Of a stretch of DNA of 64,000 bases, positions 26,753-40,374 are shown in pieces; the stretch's first letter is position 1; every line of letters begins with the position of its first letter. The translations under genes were made by a program, and so were the position numbers. This stretch comes from Octopus sinensis. Taxonomy: Eukaryota. The stretch covers positions 6,138,001 to 6,202,000 of the forward strand of contig NC_043002.1 in the NCBI RefSeq assembly GCF_006345805.1, read 5' to 3'. The notes below the pieces were generated by a model. That model ran no database searches and was not told where the DNA came from. It was given only the letters and a program-made list of their open reading frames with translations.

Positions 26753-27984
26753 CTACTATAAGCTATATATAATACCGTAACTTGGTACTGTGTGAACTGA
26801 GACTCCTGTTTACACGCTGTTGTTATGAGGCCTCCTAGCTCCTTCGATCCAGGCTTTTAACTTGGCCAGATGAAATTGTACAATCGCAGAGTAGAACCTT
26901 GTGTTTTACCAAGACCTTAAATAGATGCGGGTTCGTTTCTGGTATACGACTTTACAAACAAACATACGCAAATATGTAAAGTAATAACAGGGGGTCGTAA
27001 GTATTACTACTTAGGTCCATCTACTACAATATGGAATTCTACTTTCTCACTCCTTGAAGCGTACAAGAAAGCTAATCCTACTAAACATTAGTAAATGCAT
27101 CAAGGATTTAAAAAATAGGGACTTTAAGTATGATTTATAATGGTCCATTATTAGTTACGCATCATCGTACAATATTGCTATTTTTGTCATGAAAAAAATG
27201 TATCATGCAATTACTTGTAAATTAATTTTATTAAATTTCAATGGGAATTTTACCACAAATTTCAGAAGACATTTAGATGTTTCAATTATAAATTGAATTA
27301 TAATTGCTTTTTATGTTATATAATAACCATAACTTTGTTAAAATGTTTACTATATTTAATAAAAAGATAACTAAACGTAGAACCTCTGTGTTTATAATTG
27401 CCGTAACGTAGAATTCTTAGGGTTTTTTTAAAATCTTTCCTTATCCACTGACATCACCAATAGCTAAATATAAATATAGCTTTTCTTAGATTTCTTCTTA
27501 GCGTTTTTTTTTATATGCCTTCGTGTACTGGATATATTTCCTTAGTTCACGTAGAATTTAACTACTTTTGTATCGCCTTGGAAGCGTTGTGTTAACATGT
27601 ATTTTCCGGAATATTAATTTCAATGGTATTTGCTATATATAAATATGTTAATACAACTAAAACAGTTGTTGACTTTCTAAGATGAAGTCAACAATTAAAG
27701 ATATGATTTCTCTATGCGTATTTTTGTTGTCTAAAATTTCTGAAATTTCTCGAAATTCTTCTAAATGATGCTCGGATCTACTTGTCATACATGAAGAATT
27801 ACCTTCGATATGTGTCCTAATTGCTTTTATTGGTGTCTGATTGTTGGATATAGTTAACAAAATGCGTTTAATACTGAGCGGTTTGTTGATATCTGCCTGG
27901 ATTTTTAATCCCTTCTTTTCTTCATACATACATACATACATACATACATACATAATACATACATACATACATACATACATACAT

Positions 27985-28537
27985 GGTGGCTGCCCCCTCG
28001 TTATCGAGTATGGTCATTGCACGAAGCTTAATAAATGTTGTTATCGTGCAATACCTGTGCAAGAAGATATTTTTTATAAAGTGAGGAAAGTTTGTGCACT
28101 GAGTCAATCCCACTCACTAAGCAACAGCAGCCATAATCCAAAAAGAAGAACAAGTCAACATCATCGGTAACCACTGAGCTGCAGGTTTTATGTCAGAGTT
28201 ATCCCAGTTACCTGAGTTACCTTCTCCTAGAAGGATACCCTAACAAAGGCTAGGAGTCCTTCACTCCCAATGGTTTAACCGCGCGATCGGGTATTCAGTC
28301 CGATTATTTCTATGTCCCTGCGCATGATACAGCCTTAAGAAATTTATTGGATGTCCGTTGACTCTCAAGAGTTCCTCCGCCCTTTGACGGGTTTTGTTTT
28401 TCATTCCGCTGGGTGTCCAATAGACACCCTCCTCACCAAGCAAGCTTGGTGGGGTTGCCGGTTTAGTCGCCGACGACCCGACCATGCAACAGGTTGTACT
28501 GGGTTACATGTTACCAGTAGCACTCGAAAGTGACCTG

Positions 28538-28538
<1 letters not shown>
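27985..28538 (-). mobile_element. Probable RTE-type 5' leader or non-autonomous element in (CATA)n
   Basis: GC-rich insert flanked by (CATA)n on both sides; contains ctaggagaaggtaactc, recalled as typical of RTE 5' UTRs; no ORF. Confidence 0.45.
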
Positions 28539-28568
<30 letters not shown>

Positions 28569-28569
<1 letters not shown>

Positions 28570-28847
28570 CACGTGATCACGTGACAACCTGACCGACCAG
28601 GTCACAATGCGCTTCGCATTGTTTTAGCCTTCAATGACGCCACCCTGCTGGCTAGGCGAGCAGGCCAACAGAAGAAAGAGTGAGAGAAAGTTGTACAACA
28701 GGGATCACCACCACCCTCTGCCGGAGTCTCGCGGAGATTTAGGTGTTTTCGCACAATAAACACTCACAACGCCCGGTCTGGGAATCAAAACCGCGATCCT
28801 CCGACTGCGAGTCCGCTGCCCTAACCACCGGGCCATTGCGCCTCCAC
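28569..28847 (-). mobile_element. SINE family C head with alternative tail (variant 2)
   Basis: Head and body shared with family C; different tail ending in cacgtgatcacgtga. Confidence 0.85.
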
Positions 28848-28880
28848 ACATACATACACACACACACACATATATATGTG

Positions 28881-28971
<91 letters not shown>

Positions 28972-28975
28972 TTAT

Positions 28976-29038
<63 letters not shown>

Positions 29039-29059
29039 GATAGATAGATAGATAGTTAT

Positions 29060-29159
<100 letters not shown>

Positions 29160-29170
29160 TTATATAGATA

Positions 29171-29946
29171 TGTTTCTTTATTAGCCACACAGGGCTGCAC
29201 ACAGATAGAACAAATTACAAGGTAGAGCTTTTCTTTTGAAGGTATTAAAAAAAAAAAAAAAAAAAAAAATAGGAAGGGGGAGGTTCGATCAAAAGGATCG
29301 TAAAAGGAGAGAAAGAGGACAAAAATAAGGGGGTTTAAAAAAAAAAAAAAAAAAAGGGGGGGGGAGAGGAAAAAAAATAAAAAAATGATCAATAGGGATC
29401 GTTATCACAGAAATGTCAATATGAAGTGTAAAGGGGAGGACAGGTGAGGTTTACCCGTGGAAAGAAAAGCCTGCGGAAAAGACCACGGTAACCTCGGTCA
29501 ATGAAGTCACATTTTATATTTCTTTTTTTTTTTTTTTTTTTTTTGCAAATAAGCAACTCTCTGTTTTCGATTTCTGGTTCATAGGACTATGCTCAAGGTG
29601 GCTTCGTCATTCATACGTGCCATTCTTGCTACATTCACCCATCTTTTTTTAAAACATTCGCTAGACAAAACTTGCCTCTCTACTCTCACTTTCCTTTTCA
29701 AGTGGTACTTGAAGAAGTTGATGAGAGATTGACCAGAGAGGAAAGTGTTTGTCTCCAATCCTTTCAGACGCGTCCACCAGATACATTCTTTCGCCATAGC
29801 CACAAGGATGATGAAAATAGCTCTTCCTTCCCGTTTGAAGGAAGGAGGCGTGACAATATTGACGATAGACTCAGCTGATAAACCGACTCGTCCCACACGT
29901 GACAGCAGTTGTTCGACATAAGCCCACAGGTCGGAAATTGTTGGAC

Positions 29947-29947
<1 letters not shown>
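29171..29947 (-). mobile_element. 5'-truncated Tx1/L1-like LINE 3' end within (GATA)n
   Basis: ORF2-like C-terminus CPTISDLWAYVEQLL...AKECIWWTR...FKKRW, a 3' UTR ending AATAAAGAAAC, and (GATA)n on both sides. Clade call is from motif recall. Confidence 0.65.
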
Positions 29948-30027
<80 letters not shown>

Positions 30028-30671
30028 TGTGAGTGTGTTTGTGCATATGTCTATGCCCCGGTGTGACTTGTGATATTCTTCTAGGAACAAACCATTCCTT
30101 ACAGTTACAACTACTGAGTTATTACCTCACTGTTATAACAGGTGTTAACAGAATACATTAAACATCTTGATTCTCCCCAACTCCAGTAATTTCTCTCCCA
30201 AACATGTGTCTGTGTGTCTGTGTGTCTGTGTGTGTGTGTGAGAGTGTTTATATTTTTCTATGTGCACATGTGCCTGTATGTTGATGTTTACTTTGGGCAA
30301 TTCAAAATATGCGCAGCACCGAGAGACAAGTATCTAGTTTATATCATAATATTTATTTTGCTTTACGAAAGGAAGAACTAACATGAGATATTTAAAACCT
30401 ATTGAATCACCGACACTATAATATATATATATATATATATGTGTTTATGTATGTATGTATGCGACTGCATGTATGTGTATGTATGTGCATGTGCAGAATG
30501 AGGCAGGAATAATGTAAAGCAGCTGCATTTCGACTATAAGCAATGTCTAAAACGGTCCTGTGTCGTGAGTGCATTGGTATTGCACAACTTTATTTTTATT
30601 TACAAAGAACACTACGTAGTTGCATGTTTGTATGCATGTATCTATTATCTTTTTATATGTGTATATGTCAC

Positions 30672-30703
<32 letters not shown>

Positions 30704-30766
30704 CATAAATACACACATATATAAATATATATGTATATATATATTTATGTATATACATATATATAC

Positions 30767-30807
<41 letters not shown>

Positions 30808-30810
<3 letters not shown>

Positions 30811-31153
30811 GGCGCGTGGCTCAGTGGTTAGAGCGTCGAGCTTACGATCGTGAGGTTGTGAGCTCGAATCCCATCCAGGCTGCGTGTTGTGTTCTTGAGC
30901 AAGACACTTTATTTCACGTTGCTCCAGTTCACTCAGCTGTAGAAAGGAGTTGCGACGTCACAGGTGCCAAGCTGTATCGGCCCTTGCCTTTCCCTTGGAC
31001 AACATCGGTGACGTGGAGAGGGGAGGCCGGTATTCATGGGTGACTGCTGGTCTTCCATAAAAAAAAAACAACCTTGCCCAGACTTGTGCCTTAGAGGGTA
31101 ACTCTCTAGGTGCAAACCCATGGTCAGTGTCTGACGGAAGGGGGTCACCACCA
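30808..31153 (+). mobile_element. tRNA-derived SINE family D (CORE-like centre)
   Basis: A box TGGCTCAGTGG, B-box-like AGCTCGAATCC, then TGTTCTTGAGCAAGACACTTTATTTCACGTTGCTCCAG; single copy here, TA-flanked. Confidence 0.8.
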
Positions 31154-31410
31154 ATATATATATATTTATGTATATACATATATATACATATATATACATA
31201 TATACGCACATACATATATATATATATGTGTATGTATATATATAACGCAGTATTCGGTGTTCTAGCGAGACATCCATATTAATTTGGATATAATGAATTT
31301 TTTTGTACTAACACTCCTTTCGTCACCAATACTTAAGATACATACATACATACATGCATACATACATACATACAGACATACATACATACATACATACATA
31401 CATTCATACA

Positions 31411-31458
<48 letters not shown>

Positions 31459-33020
31459 GTGTGTGTGTGTGTGTATGTATGTATGTATATAAGGAAAATA
31501 AGACAAAGTAGGAAATAGAAAATGGTAAAATAATTTCATCATTTGATCTTAGTATTTATAAGGACCTTTATATAAATAACCTTTGTAAACAAGTACCACT
31601 AAGAAACTATAACTATCATGTAGGGAGTAATAATAACTTCTTAAACCTATAATATAGCCCTTAATTTTTTTAAAAAAGATTAGTGTAAAATTGAATTGTT
31701 CAGCCGATACCAAACATCTGTCTTTTATAGATATTAGCTAAATAAGTGAATATAATTTTTAGTCTAATATATTTTGAATTATTATATTTTTTATAATAAA
31801 TCTTCTCTATGGGTGATCAATCTACATATACTTTACCATAGTATTAGTAATTTAGCCATTTTATTCCTTTTCTGTGGTGTTCTGTCATTGATTATTTCAT
31901 CTTATTTTATAATTAGCCTTTATTTATAAAATTATTCTGAGTTTTTGTATCTCTATAAATTCATACTTAGCTTATATAAAACTATACTGATATATTCACT
32001 ACTTATAAGAAAACTGCTTAGATTAAAATTTTATTAATATATAATTAGCATGTTCTTGTGCCTCAATACTCCTTTAGTAACACCAGTAAATATCATTTAA
32101 TCAGAGATACATTCTGATGAGTTAGTACTTAAGTATACAATATGTATAAATATTAAACTATTTCTATATAATTTCTTTTCCTCCCTCTATTGTGGTAAAA
32201 GTTTGATATATACTAAAAAGTATTCATAAATTTCTATCCATTTGTTACAATATTCTTCTTAATCTCTTGAATAACCCTAAACTTCAACTGTATACAATAT
32301 AGCAACATTGGTTTAAAGTATTTAACTATAATACTACATAATAAGACTTCCCCTGTTTTATTTTCAATAGTCTGCTAATGGGAAACCCCTTAATTATCAG
32401 CTAACATCTTGTTTTAAGTTTTCCCTTACTAAACCTCATGGCATTGCTACTAATAAATCTAGATTTTTATGACTATACCATCTAGAATGTCTGCTACTCC
32501 TTCAACTCTACTCCAAATAAATACGGCCCTCTGTTTCTCTCAGCCTTAAATATACAAGGGATTTGATAAACTAGTCTATAAATTAAAACTGACCACATAA
32601 AAAAAAATCAGTGACAGGCAGTGACTCCTTGAAAATTTTAGTTATGACTATGCTGTTGTAGGTACGACATGTTCTTTGTCTATCACCTTAACTTCTTTGA
32701 GATTTTAGGTATAATTATACTAATGTATCCATCTGTTCTAATTTAATTAAATTCTATGCCTTTGTGCAGCTGATGATTACTCTACATTTTAAATTGATGT
32801 AATGATTGCATTGTTCAATTAAATGGAGTTGCATGAAACGATCGCATTGCATTACCTCTGGATATCCTTGTTGCTTATTTTGATATATATATATATATAC
32901 ATTCTTAATACATATACATATATATGCATACATGTATATACATATATATGCACATACATACATATATATATATATATGTATATACATAGTGTATATATAT
33001 ATATGTATGTATGTATGTAT

Positions 33021-33224
33021 TATCTCATCTAGGTCGTCCCATAGAACGCCCCAAGACCGTTTCCACACGTTTTCCCCATTCATCTCGATCTTCCATAATG
33101 GTCCTCAGCTCCTGTACCCCTTCTATACCAATATCCTCCAGCAAGTTGTCGATATAGGTCGTCTTCCTCCTTCCACTCTTCTTTCTTCCTTCTGTAGGTT
33201 GCCAGAGCACTAGCTTGTTAGGAA
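33021..33224 (-). pseudogene. RTE/RTE-X LINE C-terminal fragment
   Basis: KLVLWQPTEGRKKSGRRKTTYIDNLLEDIG...LRTIMEDRDEW...V. Confidence 0.8.
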
Positions 33225-33658
33225 TATATATATATACATATATACACACTTTTATATGTATACACACACACATATATAGGAATACGGAATATGCACGAAG
33301 ACAGGCTAGTTCAACTGCAATCTTGGAGTTTCCGGATGACTCAAGGCTTATGTCTGTTTGAAACTTGGTAGATCAAAAGTCTCTGGAAGCCTATCACATG
33401 AACTGAACCGCGAAGTGAAATATCGAGTGATGTCACACTGTCTTCACGCTGATTGGGTTGGAGAATTATGTTGACGCAGACACGTCAGTAAAATGCTTTG
33501 CCACTTACACGGTTATTTCACGAATATGTAGTAGTATTGAACGAACTGATACCAAGGCGGTTAGAATTCAAAGTTGATCCCAACAGTATATGAGCGCAGA
33601 ATGTAAAGTGCGGTAAACTTGATAGCAAAAGTCCGACTCGCTGACGGTACGGTGAAAT

Positions 33659-33894
33659 AAGGCGGCGAGTTGGCAGAATCGTTAGCGCGCCGGGCGAAAT
33701 GCTTAGCGGTATTTCGTCTGCCGTTACGTTCTGAGTTCAAATTCCGCCGAGGTCGACTTTGCCTTTCATCCTTTCGGGGTCGATAAATTAAGTACCAGTT
33801 ACGCACTGGGATCGATATAATCGACTTAATCCGTTTGTCTGTCCTTGTTTGTCCCCTCTGTGTTTAGCCCCTTGTGGGTAGTAAAGAAATAGGT
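33659..33894 (+). mobile_element. tRNA-derived SINE family B
   Basis: Head GGCGGCGAGTTGGCAGAATCG, B box GAGTTCAAATTCC, centre GCCTTTCATCCTTTCGGGGTCGATAAA; many copies in the window. Confidence 0.92.
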
Positions 33895-34405
33895 ACTGTG
33901 AAATTATAATGATCACTACTTCTAGTTTTCCTTTATTACATATTTAACCTTCTTTTGTCGTTTCTTGTTCTAAACATTAAGCAAGCGTTTACACCAACTT
34001 ATGCGCATAAAGATTTAATGCGAATTTGGTGGATTACATTCCATAATTGAAACAACATCCCCGTTATTGACAATTTCAACTGTACTCTGTAAAAGTGTTT
34101 TAACCTTATATATTTATATTTCAAAAATAATTGCATTAAAACATACACTCGGACACATACATTAGTGGACATTCATATACATATACACTCACATACACAC
34201 ATGATACACACATACATACAAACATGCACACAAACTGGCATACACACATTGGTGGACATGTGTTTGATACTCAATACAGGTTAATGGTAAAGTAGATATT
34301 TCATAGGTCTGTTCAACTTTTCATCTTGGTGGGGAATCTACGAAGTGTTCGAATATTCACAACTAAGATGAAGCCACCGGTCACTCTGAAACATTGAAAT
34401 GATCA

Positions 34406-34449
<44 letters not shown>

Positions 34450-34460
34450 CATCACCACCG

Positions 34461-34790
34461 CCAGGCAGTGGCTCTTATGGTTTCTGATCTTTACTGATAG
34501 GAAATGTTATTATGAACGTGTTTTATCTTGGTGTAAAAGAGACTGCAGCAAATCTGCTCAATACCACAGATTTGCTTGTCACTTGTTTGACCTTAACCAG
34601 TTGAGCATGTCCCTTGGTGGCTGACGATACGTGCAGCTCTGATCACGAGCAGAACTAGTGGTGGAGCATCATAACCACGTGTTGAGAGGGATTCTTTGGG
34701 GTTTGAATAATTCATCTCTGAAAACATGGGTGTTTTGTTAATCATCCTTAAACAAACCTTATTCAGGGATCTTTTGAACGGGATGGCCTA
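34461..34790. repeat. Unclassified interspersed repeat, family E (partial)
   Basis: Aligns with 41220-41550. Confidence 0.75.
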
Positions 34791-35346
34791 AATGACCCGG
34801 GTAAAAGTCGATTACATCGACCGAATGCTTAATTGGTCCTTATTTTTTCTATCTCGAAAGGTTTGAAAGTCGCCATCGGGGGGATTTGAACTCTGAAAAT
34901 AAAGACGGAAGAAATGCTGCTACGTATTTTGTTTGGTGTGTTAACGATTCAGTCATCTCGCCGCCTTAAATGATAATAATAATGGTTCCAAATTTTGGCA
35001 CATGGCCCGTAGATTTTTAAGGAAAGGGAAGCTGTGTACATCAACCCAAGTGTTCGACTGGTACTTATTTTACTGATCTGAAGGTGATCGGTCAAGTCAA
35101 CAGCGAAGTCAACAACAACAACAACAACAACAATAATAATAATATTATTATTTCAAATTTTTGCCACAAGAGCAGTCTGAAAGAGGTATAGATGAGTCGA
35201 TTACATCGACCCCAGTGTTCACGACCCCGAAAAGATGAAAGGTAAAATCGACTTCAGCAGAGTTTGAACTCAGAACGGAGCAACAGGGGGAAATACAGCT
35301 AAGCATTTCGTCCAGCGTGCTAACGATTCTGCCAGCTCACTGCCTT
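34790..35346 (-). mobile_element. Cluster of three decayed SINE family B copies
   Basis: gtcgattacatcgacc and gaactcagaacg motifs recur. Confidence 0.7.
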
Positions 35347-35348
35347 AA

Positions 35349-35382
<34 letters not shown>

Positions 35383-35613
35383 CGATGATGATGATGACGA
35401 TGGTGATGATGATGATAAGCCTGCACTTATGTATATATATTTATACACATACATACATACATACATACATACATACATACATACATACATACATACACGT
35501 ACACAAACACATTTACACTGTACATATATAAACACACACAAACACACGCAAACCCCATTTATACAAAGAAATAATATGTATGTATGTGTAAGAGAGGGAA
35601 AGAGACAGAGAAA

Positions 35614-35648
<35 letters not shown>

Positions 35649-36256
35649 ATGAAGAAAGAAAGACAGAAAGAAGGTCAGCAGTTTTTTTAACTTAATTTAT
35701 TGAAAAAACGAATATTTTCAAGTCGTATTTTATTAAAAATGTTTTATATCACATATTTTTTTAACACCCTTAATATCGAATTGGTTATAAGTACTCAATT
35801 ATTTCCACTTTTGTGATAAACACAAATAAATTGTTAATATGAATGGTTTAGATGATAAATTAGCTGAAGTTAGCAGCTGCTGGTCAGAAACAAGACTTTA
35901 TATGCTTTATAAAATCTCCATAATTCTGTTGTGTCTGGGTAGAGTCATTTTCTTTTTGTGCCTTATTATTTAACACACGCACCGGTAAAATTTCCACTTT
36001 TTTCTTATTTTTATTGTCCTAAAATTTTCGTTGTGTCTTGCAAACTTTTCAATAGTTTTGACTAAAAATATGGCACAAGAAGAAAATGACTCTCCCCAGA
36101 CACAACAGAATATGCTTCAACACACGAACTCATATAAAGAATCTTGCAAACCAAATCCAAAAACGAAATATAATTTCGTAGTTTACTAGTTATGCTTTCT
36201 CAAGTATTTTTATCTGTGTGTATACACACACACATACGTACGCACACACACACAGA

Positions 36257-36310
<54 letters not shown>

Positions 36311-36507
36311 AAAAACACACACACACACAAGACACAGACACACATGCACACACACTTAGGGTAGGTGGAGCTCTCCAGCGCTGTATAACCTACGGCTTGC
36401 TAGTCAGCACAGTTAGTCTGAGCCCGCTGAGCCACTGAAGACAGACCCCCAAGTAGAAAGAATGGGATCAGTTTATGCGGACTAACTCTTATTTGAAAAC
36501 TATTGAG

Positions 36508-36744
36508 GGATCTTTTCACTTTGACCGGCAGATTTTTAAAATAATTTCTTTGTAATTGATTGGTTGAAATTGCCGAAATGCAAGAAATTAAACAAGAAAT
36601 ATCTTACAAACTACAATAATTTTCTCAAGAAAACCAAGAGAAAAAGATGTTTTATGTAACACATTCTACCAGTATACGAAGTTTAAAAGTGTTTAGTTAC
36701 AAAGAAATTATTTTAAAAATCTGCCGGTCAAAGTGAAAAGATCC
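36508..36744. mobile_element. MITE, Merlin-like (short relative of 25409-25841)
   Basis: TIRs GGATCTTTTCACTTTGACCGGCAGATTTTT; perfect 8-bp TSD CTATTGAG. Confidence 0.85.
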
Positions 36745-36914
36745 CTATTGAGCACTTGCAAGAAGAAAATTTATGCAGCATCAAAGGTCGGTTTACGTAA
36801 CCGTTTGAGGGTGAGTCACTTATAACTCATTATCTTCGGACACGAAAAAAAGAGAAGAAATCTGTCATCATCGTTACATACAAACAGGTGCAGATACATT
36901 CATTCTTTTATTTC

Positions 36915-37438
36915 TTTTATTCTTTTACTTGTTTCAGTTATTTCACTGCGGCCATGCTAGAGCACCACCTTGAAGGGTTTTAGTCGAACAAATCGAATCC
37001 AGGACTTACTTTTTTAGCCTAGTACTTATTCTATTGGTCTCTTAGGCCAAACTGCTAAGTTACGGAAACGTAAGCACACCAACACCGATTGTCAAGCCGT
37101 GTTTAGGGGGTGGGCACACAGACAGACTGACACACACATACACCACACACACACACACACACACACATACACACACATACACACACATATAGTGAGAATT
37201 TACAAAAAAGCGAATGACGAAGATGGATGTGTAAACAACAAACATGTATTAACGCTCGGGAAGTGAGAAAGTGTTTTACGTTATATATACGACGGACGTC
37301 TTCCAGTTTCCGTCTACCAAATCCATTCAAATGGCTTTGGTCGGCCCGAGGCTATAGTAGAAAACACTTGCTCAAGTTGGACTGAACCCGGAGCCATGTA
37401 GTTGGCAAGCAAGCTTCTCACACAGCCACGACTGCACC
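36915..37438 (-). mobile_element. SINE family A (variant)
   Basis: Head, body and tail match family A, with an extra segment. Confidence 0.85.
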
Positions 37439-37780
37439 TATGTATTGGGGTGGGGGGTCACTGAAAAATCTCTAGCTAGAATTCTGATATACATTGAACT
37501 TTAAAGATTAATTTTTTAAATTCCCACAATCCATAGACTGTAATTTGAACAAAAGTCACGTATATAATATAATTTTTGTATATGTAAATTAAAAATGGAG
37601 AACGCCATCTGCAGATGGTGGTAAATCTTTAATTAATCCTTAAGTAAACTCATAAAAATTTCAGAATTTTCAAATCTTAATTCTAGTTAAGATATTTCCC
37701 TAAGTTAAAACAAAATAAACAATAAAGAGAAATATATATGTATGTGTATGTATGTATATACGTATGTGTGTATATGTATA

Positions 37781-37876
<96 letters not shown>

Positions 37877-38539
37877 AAGCCCTAAAAATGTAGCGGACCA
37901 CATGGTCTGGAAGGAGAGGAATTGGACAATATGCATCACACATATACACACATACATACATATGCACACATACATACATACATACATACATACATACATA
38001 CAAGATAATAACGGCTGCACTCCGGTGAGTAGGGACGACCATCACTGACCATTAAGAACATTGTGCACTCAGATAAATTTCACGACGTCGCTTGTAATGA
38101 AGTTTATGGCGTAGCCACTTAAGATAGGAATGAGGTCCTTTCGCAACCTTCCTCATGTGATAATAATTTTAGTGTGTAATAAATTATTTGGTATGCCTGC
38201 ACCAATATGCATGCTACATATTTTCACAGTACTATTTATAAATTTACAAATGAATGCAGACACAGAAGGGTAGCTCTTCAGTTGGCCAGAAGATCATAGT
38301 TACACCAATACTTCAACTCTGGGTATACATACTGAATTAGCCTTTACCAACATAGGAACTGCCCTCCAGGTGGTTTTCTGCTGGTATGTGTGTTGCGCAT
38401 ATTGATATTATTTATACATATAAATTTGACACGGGCCATTTTTTCTTGTCTTGGGATTCACGGTGAAACGGCTGGGTGGAATTGTGCGAAAAATTATACA
38501 GATGAATAGAAAGATCCGATGGTGTTGCTGGGCTTTGTA

Positions 38540-39121
38540 TTTTTTTATAGCTCCCATGGTTACCGAGATAATCTACTATAATAATACTCTTGTGTTTATG
38601 AATGAGAAAGGAAGGGGTGACAGATGAATAAGGAAGGAAGGAAGGAAGGAAGGGGTGATGTCATATTTTTCATAGCTCCCATGGTTACCGAGATCATCTA
38701 CTAGAATAATACACTTGTATTTATGAATGAGAAGGGAAGGGGTGATAGATGAATAAAGAAGGAAGGGGTGATGTTGAAAATTGTACGCTGAAAAAATAAA
38801 TCAAACAGCGTTTCAACACTGTGGGAATATTTGTGGGTGTATGTAAAAGGGGAGTATGTGAATGTATGTGTGTGCGTGTGCGCGCGTAATGGAAGTGGAA
38901 TGGTTCGTATTTGCTCGCTTAGTATTTGGGTTTATTTTTTGATTTGGTTGAATCTTGATTTTTTTTGTTGCTCAGTTATTTTTAGCGTTATGACAGAAAA
39001 AAGGTAATTCTAAAATTGTTTTTTAACGTAAGCGTGCCCAAACAAATCGAATGCTTATACAGAGCAGGTTTTACAGCCACATGATCCAAACCGACGGGGG
39101 GAAACCGGGCTTAGCTGCTAG
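38540..39121 (+). mobile_element. Probable non-autonomous Helitron region
   Basis: About 120-bp tandem duplication (38540-38775); GC-rich short hairpin followed by CTAG-T at 39118-39122. Confidence 0.5.
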
Positions 39122-39503
39122 TATATACATATAGATATGATACGTAAATTATAGAGTAAATTGACAATATGCTCATGAATTGAACAAAGACTCAGTTATA
39201 ATTTATTCTGTAATCAACAAAATAATCCATGATACATTTAAAAAAGACGATAATGAAAATTGGAAAAGGGGTGATACTGTCGAAGGAAAATGTTCACGAA
39301 TCTTTACTTGAGTGAAACTGAAAATAGATTCTCTGGTGGGAATTAATAAATTACATTTACCAATGTGAAGAATTGCGTTTTGCTATATTACTGTTTCATT
39401 ATATTCACTTACAGACGTCTTAAGTGTTTCTAGTGTCCTTTCATAGCAATTAAAACGAAACTTCAATGCATTTCAATTAAAAGAGAGTAATGAATGACTC
39501 ACA

Positions 39504-39731
39504 TCACTGTAGAATTTCTTTGCAGACACAACTGTCAGCAAATGGACTGTTTTCATTTCTCTCTGTTAATATTTTTATGTTTCTTTTTCTTGACGCTCTT
39601 GATAATGCTACATACATCTGACCATGTGCGAAGAATTGTGTTGGGAGATGATATGGTACCCCAACATGACTGCAGACTAACTCACTTTGAAAACTTAATT
39701 CTATTACATTGGGATTATTATTTTTGCACAA
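39504..39731 (-). pseudogene. Helitron Rep-Hel (PIF1-like helicase) C-terminal remnant
   Basis: FFAHGQMYVALSRASRKRNIKIL...VCKEIL matches the FSHGQLYVALSR motif. Confidence 0.8.
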
Positions 39732-39951
39732 CGTAATACTTTTAAAAATAATTTACTCGTTTTGCTTTTTTTTTCGATTTATTACATTTTTTACGAACAC
39801 GAAAAAAGCTATTTGTTTACATATGGAATTCAAACGGAAGTTGACATTTAAAACAAACGAATCTTGTAATACTGAGTATTATAATTTATGTTTAATATAC
39901 AAATGAACTTTATAGTTTAAAAAACATTTAATATCCATTTATAATTTCTTC

Positions 39952-40338
39952 GTGGAGGCGCAATGGCCCAGTGGTTAGGGCAGCGGACTCGCGGTCATAG
40001 GATCGAGGTTTCGATTCCCAGACCGGGCGTTGTGAGTGTTTATTGAGCGAAAACACCTAAAGCTCCACGAAGCTCCGGCAGGGATGGTGGTGATCCCTGC
40101 TGTACTCTTTCACCACAAATTTCTCTCACTCTTACTTCCTGTTTCTGTTGTATCTGTATTTCAAGGGGCCGGCCTTGTCACTCTCTGTGTCACGCTGAAT
40201 ATCCCCGAGAACTACGTTAAGGGTGCACGTGTCTGTGGAGTGCTCAGCCACTTACACGTTAATTTCACGAGCAGGCTGTTCCGTTGATTCGGATCAACCG
40301 GAACCCTCGTCGTCGTAACCGACGGAGTGCTTCCATCC
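39952..40338 (+). mobile_element. SINE family C
   Basis: Full-length; 11-bp TSD ATAATTTCTTC. Confidence 0.95.
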
Positions 40339-40374
40339 ATAATTTCTTCAAAGTAATATTACTTCTTTTAATAA

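Noticed and set aside
31500-32800. Very old LINE remnant
   Set aside because: Only vague motif hints and many stops.
38040-38420. Further Helitron helicase fragment on the minus strand
   Set aside because: Similarity (IPR-like motif) is too weak.
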